DNA of 64,000 nt from a bacterium (GTDB taxonomy: Bacteria; UBA8248). Shown piece by piece: positions 1 through 7,495 of the stretch. Within the stretch, counting starts at the first letter, position 1. Each line of letters opens with the position of its first letter. The stretch lies in contig CBDCRP010000002.1 in assembly GCA_965221165.1 (NCBI GenBank), positions 1 through 64,000 of the forward strand, given 5' to 3'. Both the position numbers and the translations under genes were made by a program. Under the pieces are notes generated by a model, which worked only from the letters and a program-made list of their open reading frames with translations, made no database searches and was not told where the DNA came from.

Positions 1-312
1 GCGAAGAGCCGCCGCCGTTCCCGTGGCCGCCGAGCCGGAGGAACCCAGCTGCGTGTGCATCCACGGCACGACCCAGGGAGTGCTGTAATACGTGGTGTTC
101 GCCACGTACATGCAGCCCGTGCTGCCCAGGATGATGGAGCGCGGACCCGCCGCCTTGGCCATGAGACGCATGATGAGAGCGCTCTCACAACCCTGGCACG
201 TCCGGTGCCCGCTGGTGAAATACTCTTCCACCGCTTTTTGGGGAATGGCATTCACTTTCCCCATCAAGGGAAGTTCCTGCGTTCCGATGTTGTATTCAGA
301 AGTTTCCGCCAT
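1..312 (-). CDS. 2-oxoacid:ferredoxin oxidoreductase beta subunit, oxalate oxidoreductase-like (partial, runs off window)
   Basis: Not in ORF track. Manual translation from ATG at 312: MAETSEY...EEYFTSGHRTCQGCESALIMRLMAKAAGPRSIILGSTGCMYVANTTYYSTPWVVPWMHTQ, with the beta-subunit CxxC and GC motifs; directly follows the alpha subunit. Confidence 0.9.
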   Translation of the reverse strand, partial: MAETSEYNIGTQELPLMGKVNAIPQKAVEEYFTSGHRTCQGCESALIMRLMAKAAGPRSIILGSTGCMYVANTTYYSTPWVVPWMHTQLGSSGSAATGTAAALR

Positions 313-314
313 GA

Positions 315-1532
315 TTATCCCCTCACTCCGACCCAGTCGACTTCGTTGTCGGCCGCGTCGTTCTGACCCATGGAAATGACCTTGTCGGCCATCTGTTTGA
401 CGTCTTCGAGCAACACCTCACGGCCGCCGAGGCCGCATACGAATCCTTTCATGTGAGGCGCCTTGTCCGCCCCGTACATGGCGGCTTTCACTTCATTGTA
501 CACGATACCACCGTGGTAGGGTGAACCAAAGGAATAGTCGCGGTCGATGACGCCCACCGCCTTGAAGCGCGAGAGCGATGCGCGCAACTCTTCCGTCGGG
601 AAGGGGCGGAACCATTTCAGGCGAACCATACCGACTTTTTTGCCTTCCTTGCGCATCTCGCGGATGGCCACCTTCACCGGCAGGCTGAGCGTTCCCATGC
701 CGCAAAGCACGACGTCCGCATCCTCGGTCATGTACTCATCGAGGAAGGGATTCGTGTCCACGCCGAAAGTTTTGCTGAAGTCGGCGTGGGCTTCCTTGAG
801 TACGGTGTAGGCGTTTTTCGCCGCTTCGCTGCTTTGCCGCCGCACTTCCATCAGCCAGTCTTCATTCGCCTGCGGCGCGATGGTGATGGGATTGTCGGGA
901 TGAAGCAGCAGGTCTCCCCTGTCGTAGGGAGGCAGGAAATCGTTGACTTCATCCTGGCCGGGCAGCCGCACCGTCGCCTGGCTGTGGGTCAGGAACGCCC
1001 CGTCCATCGCGATGGCGCACGGCAAGAAGACTCTCGGGTCTTCGGCGACGCGATAGGCCAAAAGCCCGAGTTCGACGACTTCCTGCGCCGTGTCCGGGAA
1101 GTTGATCATCCAGCCCAAATCGCGAACGAGCATGGCGTCGTTGTGTTCGGTGCCGAATGCGCCGGGGTCATCCAGCGCGCGGCAGCCGACCAGGGCCACC
1201 ATGGGAAGTCTCAGGCCGGCAGTAACGGCCAGCGGCTCCATCGCATAGAGCCACCCCACTCCGCTCGAACCCGTGAACACCCGCGCTCCGCAAGCCGAGG
1301 CGTGCTTGACGATCTCAAACTGGCCGTGCTCGCTTTCCGCCGGAATGTAGTCGGCGTCGAAATCGCCCTCTGCGATAAATTTGGACACATACTGCATCAC
1401 GGTGTCATACGGCCGGATGGGATAGGCCGTGATGACATCGACGTCGGCGAGGCGGCAGATGTGCGCCATGACCTCGCTTCCGGTGAGGAGATGAACTCCC
1501 GCACCTTGTTGTTGTTCGGTTGCTGTCGCCAT
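315..1532 (-). CDS. 2-oxoacid:ferredoxin oxidoreductase alpha subunit, oxalate oxidoreductase-like
   Basis: AYPIRPY, ESEH, GARVFTGSSG, FRPFP and GLGGR motifs. Confidence 0.9.
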   Translation of the reverse strand: MATATEQQQGAGVHLLTGSEVMAHICRLADVDVITAYPIRPYDTVMQYVSKFIAEGDFDADYIPAESEHGQFEIVKHASACGARVFTGSSGVGWLYAMEPLAVTAGLRLPMVALVGCRALDDPGAFGTEHNDAMLVRDLGWMINFPDTAQEVVELGLLAYRVAEDPRVFLPCAIAMDGAFLTHSQATVRLPGQDEVNDFLPPYDRGDLLLHPDNPITIAPQANEDWLMEVRRQSSEAAKNAYTVLKEAHADFSKTFGVDTNPFLDEYMTEDADVVLCGMGTLSLPVKVAIREMRKEGKKVGMVRLKWFRPFPTEELRASLSRFKAVGVIDRDYSFGSPYHGGIVYNEVKAAMYGADKAPHMKGFVCGLGGREVLLEDVKQMADKVISMGQNDAADNEVDWVGVRG

Positions 1533-1545
1533 CTGTTAGCTCCTG

Positions 1546-2733
1546 TTAAAGATCTTTGAGAGGTTTGATTTTCGCCGTTTCCGGATTGTGGCCCGTTTCG
1601 AGGCCTATGCCCGAGAATGCTCCCGCAAGACCGGTGATCGGATGACGACCGTCTATCTTGCCGGTGGTGATTTTCTCGTCCATGTACTTGTCGTAATCTT
1701 CCTTGTTCTCCTGCCACATCTGCCACTGGCTGTCACGCTCCTCGAAGACGACTTCGTTCACCATCGTGATGCAGTCCTTGACGGGGCAGATGGCTTCACA
1801 AACGCCGCAGCCGCAGCAGGCTTCCATGTTGGCGTCAAAAAAGCCGTCCGGCGTGACGTCGAAACAAGTGTCCGGGCACGCGACCCAGCAGAGCGTGCAC
1901 TTCGTGCACTTATCAAAGGACAGCACCGGGCGCATGGTTCGGGTCGACCACTTTTTGAAATAGGGGTTTCTCCCCGGTTCGTAGCCGCCCTCGCCGCCCC
2001 TGAAGCCCTCATGCCCGCCAACGCCGTCGATGACGACGCCCTGGCGCATTTCATGCCACTTCAGGAGTTCGAACGTGAAGGGGACCTCGTCGTTGCCCTC
2101 GCCCGGCTCTATTTCGACGGGACGCAAGTCCTCATAGACTTCGCGCGCGGCTTCGACGTGCGTCTCCGTGCCGATGTTCTCGCGAATCGCCGACTCCAGG
2201 GATGCTATCGAGCACATGGTGGGTTCGGCCTTGAGGGCCGCTCCCAGGCAGCGCGCGTCCGTGCCGTCATTCTTGTACACCCAAAGACCGGCGAAACTCG
2301 CCTCACCGGGGATAATCGCGAGCTTATAGGGCGTCTCCCTGCGGTGAATATGCTTGACCAGTTCGTCTTCTTTTTGATTGGACGTAACGATCAGCGTGCC
2401 GCCTGGCTTCGTGACGGCGTTGATGGGCTGAAGGCCGTACCATGCCCAGGACTCCACTCCCTTGCAAAGCGTATCGTCCACGCAGATGGAGATATCCACC
2501 TGTTTCGGCTCGTATTGCGCCGCCACTGTCTCGAGTTCTTCCTCGTTGTCCGCGATATAGCCGAACTGCTTGGCCGGAATCCCGTTCCGCTCTGGCGAAT
2601 CGCTGTAGCGCCCGAAGGAAATCCCCGGCTTTCCTTCCTTCACGGCCGCGAGAATCAGGGACCGTGAAATTTTCACGGCAAGGCTTTTTTGAAAAATACC
2701 CCTGTAGATTACTTCAAACGATATTACACTCAC
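1546..2733 (-). CDS. 2-oxoacid:ferredoxin oxidoreductase gamma-delta fusion subunit with two [4Fe-4S] clusters
   Basis: N-terminal gamma-type domain (RYSDSPERNGIP) plus CTKCTLCWVAC and CCGCGVCEAIC ferredoxin motifs. Confidence 0.88.
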   Translation of the reverse strand: MSVISFEVIYRGIFQKSLAVKISRSLILAAVKEGKPGISFGRYSDSPERNGIPAKQFGYIADNEEELETVAAQYEPKQVDISICVDDTLCKGVESWAWYGLQPINAVTKPGGTLIVTSNQKEDELVKHIHRRETPYKLAIIPGEASFAGLWVYKNDGTDARCLGAALKAEPTMCSIASLESAIRENIGTETHVEAAREVYEDLRPVEIEPGEGNDEVPFTFELLKWHEMRQGVVIDGVGGHEGFRGGEGGYEPGRNPYFKKWSTRTMRPVLSFDKCTKCTLCWVACPDTCFDVTPDGFFDANMEACCGCGVCEAICPVKDCITMVNEVVFEERDSQWQMWQENKEDYDKYMDEKITTGKIDGRHPITGLAGAFSGIGLETGHNPETAKIKPLKDL

Positions 2734-2835
2734 ATTCGATACCCCCCACTTTGGAGTTGATGAAGTTGAACTTTTTCCTTAAAGCCGTAATTTCTCGAAA
2801 ATCGGTTTACACGGATTCCAAACCCATCTGATGGT

Positions 2836-3549
2836 CTAATTCTTCAGATGGGATTCGACCTCGTTGCCCTCAATCTCCACCAGGTGACTGATCATTGCGG
2901 CAATAGCCCTGTTCCTGTCTTTCGTCAAGATGGCATCCAAAATTTGCTGATGCGCTTCCCATGAGCGAAAGCGCACGCTTTTATCACGAAGCGAGCGTTC
3001 ACGCGTCTCGCTCAGGGAATTAAGCAAGCTGCTCAGCAGATGGTGCAGAAATTCATTTTTGGCAGACTTGGCAAGGCCCAGGTGAAATTGCGTGTCTTCC
3101 TCTAAGCCGAGGCCTCCGCCTTCTACCGCATCGAGTTGTTGCTGAAGCGTGTTTTCCAGTTCTCTCATTTCCGCGTTTGTCATACGCTCGGCCGCCAAAG
3201 CGGCGATTTGAGGCTCGAGAACCATGCGCGCCTCGAAAATATGGTGGATGCCGCTTTCCCCATCGGAGGAGACTTTCTCGGAAATCATGGGGATCATCGA
3301 TACGGGATTCGCCGTGACGAACGTGCCCTCCCCCTGTCTCGTCTCGACGAGTCTGGCGGATTCCAGTGAGCGCGTGGCTTCCCGAACCGAGTTGCGTCCC
3401 ACGCCGAATTGCTCGCACAGTTCACGTTCGGATGGCAGCTTGTCGCCGGGCTTGATTTCGCCCTCGAGTATCAAAGAGGTGAGTTGCTCGACAATGGCCT
3501 CATATACGCGTGTTTTCTTCACCGTGTGTAGTCTGCCGGCAATGGGCAT
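2836..3549 (-). CDS. GntR/FadR family transcriptional regulator
   Basis: PGDKLPSERELCEQFGVGRNSVREA wHTH followed by an FCD domain (DTQFH, HQQILDAI). Confidence 0.95.
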   Translation of the reverse strand: MPIAGRLHTVKKTRVYEAIVEQLTSLILEGEIKPGDKLPSERELCEQFGVGRNSVREATRSLESARLVETRQGEGTFVTANPVSMIPMISEKVSSDGESGIHHIFEARMVLEPQIAALAAERMTNAEMRELENTLQQQLDAVEGGGLGLEEDTQFHLGLAKSAKNEFLHHLLSSLLNSLSETRERSLRDKSVRFRSWEAHQQILDAILTKDRNRAIAAMISHLVEIEGNEVESHLKN

Positions 3550-3610
3550 ACAGAGTTCCCCTCATTCACGCCTCTCAGATCGCATACTATCCCACAAAGG
3601 GATTATAGGA

Positions 3611-3653
3611 TTGTCCTACCAGTGATTCTATTTATATTTTGGCGGGAAGTCAA
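3611..3653 (-). promoter_or_regulatory. sigma70 promoter (TTGACT-17-TAGAAT) with a FadR-type operator TGGTAGGACAA
   Basis: On the minus strand: -35 TTGACT at 3653-3648, -10 TAGAAT at 3630-3625, 17-nt spacer; the imperfect palindrome TGGT-N3-ACAA at 3621-3611 overlaps the predicted +1. Confidence 0.6.
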
Positions 3654-4038
3654 CCTCAAATGCGGACAAATACGGGGCTTGAGGAAATGAATATGAAAAA
3701 ACCAGCCAATGTTATTTCTCTTATACTTTAACTGTTCGATGTAAACGATTGAAATCTATAATATATTATTATTTGATACGGAAATTATCTTTTTCGATAT
3801 TTTTTGAAACTTTCACATATTTTCATCCATTCAGAACCGATATTCCTTATCTTGATCTTGATTCCAGGATATAGGACGCAAGCCCGCAGTCACGCCGGTG
3901 GGGGATCAATTTTGACTGTGAAGAGAGGAGGTTGCGGTTTTGCAGGGCCGGCGTCGTAACGGGGTGTGCGGCGCGTCATTCGATTCGCCCAGATCGCCTT
4001 GTCCCAACCCCGATTTCCAGTGCGCTTCGGGAATACGC

Positions 4039-5307
4039 CTATTGAGGCAGGTGCGACTCCCGCGCACCCTTGTACACGATGGGCAGGAGTGACGGGTCTG
4101 TGATTTTGGAGTCCATGTGCAGATGTATCACGCTGCGGCCGGTACCGCAGTCCCCGAAGTCATCGCAGGTAAGCGTGCCGATGATGCCCTGGAAACCTGC
4201 GGTGCGATCCAATGCGTCACGGAGCGCCGCACGGTCGATGTACAGCGTCTCTCCATCTACGACCGAAATCTGCTTGATAGCCGAGAGCAACAGTGTCGTG
4301 GCGTCATAGCCGTGCGCCCAGTACGGGGACGTCGGAGGCCCTCCATAGGCGGCCTTGAACTCGGTTAGTACGTCCGCGGCGCTTCTGCCTGTCGCCTGGT
4401 TCGTGTTCCTGCTGTCTCCAAGATCAGGTCCAGTGAAATAGACGCCTTTCGATTCCGGCAACGCAAGAAACTTCGTCGCCAATGTGGCGGCGCCACTGAT
4501 TCTCCTCACGCCTTTCAGGGCGCCGAGCCTGGCTGCCTGTCGAATCAAGGACGTTGCCTCCGCCGGGAAGAGCGGGATGAACACGCCATCGGGGGCGGCT
4601 TCCTCGAACCGGGCGAGAACGGCGGCCATGTCGGTCTGGCCTTTCGCCACCTGGGCGATGACCGGAACAGCGCCGCCATGCTTCCTGAAAGCAACGGCAA
4701 AAGCGTTCGAAATGGCGCTGGTATACGGGTCACCGTCATGGAGCGTCACCATCGAGCGCAATCCAAGTTCATCGTAGCTGAAATGCGCGACAATGCTTGC
4801 CTCGATGAGGTCGTTGTCCACAACACGGTAATAACCCTTGTGGTAGTCGGGACCGGCATTTCCGGACAGGTCGGACGTGAGGACAGGTGACGTGTTCGAC
4901 GGCGATACCATCGATAGACCCGCCTTGCTGATGACGGGCGACGCCTCCACCGCTGCACCGGAGCACAAGGTGCCGATGACTCCGACGACCTGCGCGTCGG
5001 CAACGACGGCTTCAGCCGTCGCGCGCTCACCCTCGCCCGAGCACATCTCGTCGAGGGTTTCGATGGAGACCCGGCGCCCGTGCATGGGACCGAAGTCCTT
5101 GACCGCTATCTCGATGGCGGTCTGAATGATAGGGGACACGGACGGCACGACCGTATCGGAAAGGAGCACGCGGATTTCGATCGGCTGACCGCGCTTGACC
5201 TCAACCGCACCGAGTGGCCCCGATTTGAAACCACTGCTGAAAGCGGCAGTCGCGAACACCATGAAAGCGAGCGCCAGACCTTGTCCGATGAAAAACAATC
5301 TGCGCAT
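4039..5307 (-). CDS. branched-chain amino acid ABC transporter substrate-binding protein (LivJ/K type)
   Basis: Signal peptide; VVGVIGTLCSG, SPSNTSP and GYDA motifs; start set at ATG 5307 after a GAGGAG RBS. Confidence 0.88.
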   Translation of the reverse strand: MRRLFFIGQGLALAFMVFATAAFSSGFKSGPLGAVEVKRGQPIEIRVLLSDTVVPSVSPIIQTAIEIAVKDFGPMHGRRVSIETLDEMCSGEGERATAEAVVADAQVVGVIGTLCSGAAVEASPVISKAGLSMVSPSNTSPVLTSDLSGNAGPDYHKGYYRVVDNDLIEASIVAHFSYDELGLRSMVTLHDGDPYTSAISNAFAVAFRKHGGAVPVIAQVAKGQTDMAAVLARFEEAAPDGVFIPLFPAEATSLIRQAARLGALKGVRRISGAATLATKFLALPESKGVYFTGPDLGDSRNTNQATGRSAADVLTEFKAAYGGPPTSPYWAHGYDATTLLLSAIKQISVVDGETLYIDRAALRDALDRTAGFQGIIGTLTCDDFGDCGTGRSVIHLHMDSKITDPSLLPIVYKGARESHLPQ

Positions 5308-5318
5308 TTCAACTCCTC

Positions 5319-5514
5319 GGTCGGGATTGATCCGCAAGGGGAATGCCTCGGCTCAATCGCAAGGGTCTCTGGATGGTGACGCCATGGTAAGACGCAAGCC
5401 CCCGCGACATCAAGGCCGGCATCTTCGGTGGGGAATGATCACCCTCATTCCGGCCCGGAGTCGGTGCAGCGCGCGTTCCGGAATCACTCCCCACCTTGAG
5501 GGTCAATTCCGACC
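5319..5514. repeat. imperfect terminal inverted repeats bounding about 195 bp (MITE-like or palindromic repeat remnant)
   Basis: GGTCGGGATTGATCCGCAAGG (5319-5339) versus the reverse complement of 5494-5514, GGTCGGAATTGACCCTCAAGG: 18/21 identical. Confidence 0.5.
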
Positions 5515-5586
5515 AAAGAGGGAGGAATTGTTCCGATTGAAAAATGAGAGATTGTTCCGACCGGGGATGGAGGATTTGCGTTCTTT

Positions 5587-5681
5587 GTAGGGGCGGACCC
5601 GTGTGTCCGCCCTGTTTGCCTTGTTCGCACCATTCTCCGGGGCGGATTCCAAAATGGGCGGACACACAGGTCCGCCCCTAC
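5587..5681. repeat. GTAG-family REP doublet (inverted pair, REPIN/BIME-like)
   Basis: GTAGGGGCGGACCCGTGTGTCCGCCC (5587-5612) and its near-perfect inverse GGGCGGACACACAGGTCCGCCCCTAC (5656-5681). Confidence 0.85.
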
Positions 5682-5770
5682 GGGAGAGCGAAATAGAGCC
5701 GTCATTCCGATGTCATTCACCACCGTCATTCCAGTACCCTACTCATCGTTCCGGTTTGTTCGCCTTTGAT

Positions 5771-5803
5771 CGTCATTCCGCAGTGCTTGAATGCGGAATC
5801 CAG
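5771..5803 (+). repeat. CGTC-family REP-like palindrome
   Basis: CGTCATTCCGCA-GTGCTTGAA-TGCGGAATCCAG hairpin; further GTCATTC heads at about 5701-5732. Confidence 0.7.
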
Positions 5804-5960
5804 CACTTCTGCCTTTGCCTTTCGTGATCGATCCCGATTGAAAAATAAGGGATTGTTCCGAGCGAAGAGGGAGTGATGTTGAGTAACGCCTTTCTCTCCG
5901 GCCCAGAAGCAATCCCTCCCGCATTGGCCGGCAATTCCCCTGTACCTATGAAACTGGCCC

Positions 5961-6195
5961 CGCCCGTATCAAATAGCTACATGAGGTTCGTTCTTCGACC
6001 AACTCCGCCCGTATCAAACGGCTACGAGAAGCGTGTTTGTTCCACCGGGTTCGTCCGCATGAAACGGCTGCGAGAAGCCTGCTCCCCAACCATGCCTGCC
6101 CGTATCAACGGCTGCGAGAGATTTGTTTGCTTAACCCAACCTGCCCTCATTAAAAGGCACGATTGGCGACTAGGCCTGCCCGTATCAAAATGCTA
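5961..6195. repeat. degenerate tandem repeat array, period about 45 bp
   Basis: Units start at 5961, 6006, 6052, 6097, 6142 and 6177 with core YGCCCGTATCAAACGGCTRCGAGAAG. Confidence 0.75.
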
Positions 6196-6249
6196 GGATT
6201 TCCCGTCCACATTTTGCAGAATCACATCATCCGCGAAAGATACGAAGCC

Positions 6250-7464
6250 TTGAAGAAATGGCAAATCCTCACCCTGCTCACCACCGGACACGCCTGTGAA
6301 CACTGGTTTCAGGGGGTTTTGGGGCCCGTCATTCCCTATCTGGCCGAAGACTTAGGGCTTACGCTGACCCAGGTGGGACTTCTGTTTACGGGCAGAGCCA
6401 TAATGAGCGCTTTCAGCAGCGTGGGAACAGGCCTCGTCATCGACGCTTACGGCGGCGGAAAATGGCTGTTGGTGGGGTGCATGGCTTCCGTGGGGCTTTT
6501 TTACGGCGGGGCGAGCTTCGCGACGGGATTCCTCACGCTGGCCCCCATCATCTGGCTGAGCGGCCTGGCGACGCACAGTTGGCACCCGCCTTCAATGGGT
6601 TTGCTGGGAATGCGCTTCGGGAACCGCAAGGGCTTCGCCCTGGGCGTGCATGGAACGGGCGCGAACCTGGGGCAAACCATCGCCCCCATCATCGCGGGTT
6701 ATCTGCTCCTGATAATGAGCTGGCGGGGCGTGTTGCTGGCGAACACGATTCCCTTGTTCGCCACGGCCATACTCCTGTGCCTCTGTCTGGAACCTTTTCA
6801 GATCGGCGGAAATCAAAAACCGGGTTCATCGATTCGTCCGGGCACCTTCATGAATGCGCTCATCAAGAACCCCGGGATGATCGGAGCCTGTGTCTTCTCG
6901 GGCGTGAGGACGCTGGCGCACAATGTGGTTTCGATTTTTCTCCCGATATTGCTGGTGAGAAAATACGGCGTAGGCCCGAGCACCCTGGGGCTCGCGCTCG
7001 GCGTGTATTCGGCGGCGTCGATATTTCCGGAAACAATCGTCGGCTATCTCTCCGACAGGGTTTCGCGAAAGTTGATTTTGTTCGTCGGGATCGCCGGCGG
7101 CGGAATATCGATGTTCATGATTCCGCACATGGGCACGGGAATTTTCCTGTATGTCTGCATCGCGTCGGTCGGCGTTTTTCTTATTTCCATGCGCTCGGCC
7201 ATCTTCGCATACGGCTTCGAGGTCAGTCCGCCTCGCTTGGCCGGAAGCGTCGTTGGCGTTATATTTACCGCGAACCAGATATTTGTTGGATTGGGTTTGT
7301 TTTTTCTGGGTATACTGGCGGATGCGTATGGCCTGGAAGTCATTTTTGGAGCAATCGGCATATTATGTCTGGTAAGTCTGGTCGCTTTCTCGTGGTTGCC
7401 CAGAACAGAGGGGGAATCGGAACTTCGACAGGCGGCCGCCAATCCGGGCGATTCTATACGCTAG
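6250..7464 (+). CDS. MFS transporter (Fsr-like)
   Basis: About 12 hydrophobic segments; GYLSDRVSRK motif A; start set at TTG 6250 because the upstream part of the ORF lies in the repeat array. Confidence 0.88.
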   Translation: MKKWQILTLLTTGHACEHWFQGVLGPVIPYLAEDLGLTLTQVGLLFTGRAIMSAFSSVGTGLVIDAYGGGKWLLVGCMASVGLFYGGASFATGFLTLAPIIWLSGLATHSWHPPSMGLLGMRFGNRKGFALGVHGTGANLGQTIAPIIAGYLLLIMSWRGVLLANTIPLFATAILLCLCLEPFQIGGNQKPGSSIRPGTFMNALIKNPGMIGACVFSGVRTLAHNVVSIFLPILLVRKYGVGPSTLGLALGVYSAASIFPETIVGYLSDRVSRKLILFVGIAGGGISMFMIPHMGTGIFLYVCIASVGVFLISMRSAIFAYGFEVSPPRLAGSVVGVIFTANQIFVGLGLFFLGILADAYGLEVIFGAIGILCLVSLVAFSWLPRTEGESELRQAAANPGDSIR

Positions 7465-7495
7465 TCTTTCATAATTCACTTGTGGGAGATGTCAC

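Larger units (their letters stand above)
5533..5861. repeat. 28-bp direct repeat pair flanking a REP cluster
   Basis: CCGATTGAAAAATGAGAGATTGTTCCGA (5533-5560) versus CCGATTGAAAAATAAGGGATTGTTCCGA (5834-5861): 26/28 identical. Confidence 0.75.

Noticed and set aside
5961-6195. CRISPR array
   Set aside because: Repeats are too degenerate, linkers are only about 19-20 nt and mutually similar, and there are no cas genes or leader.
5873-6196. 107-aa ORF over the repeat array
   Set aside because: Repeat units shift frame and there is no RBS or recognisable domain; probably spurious.
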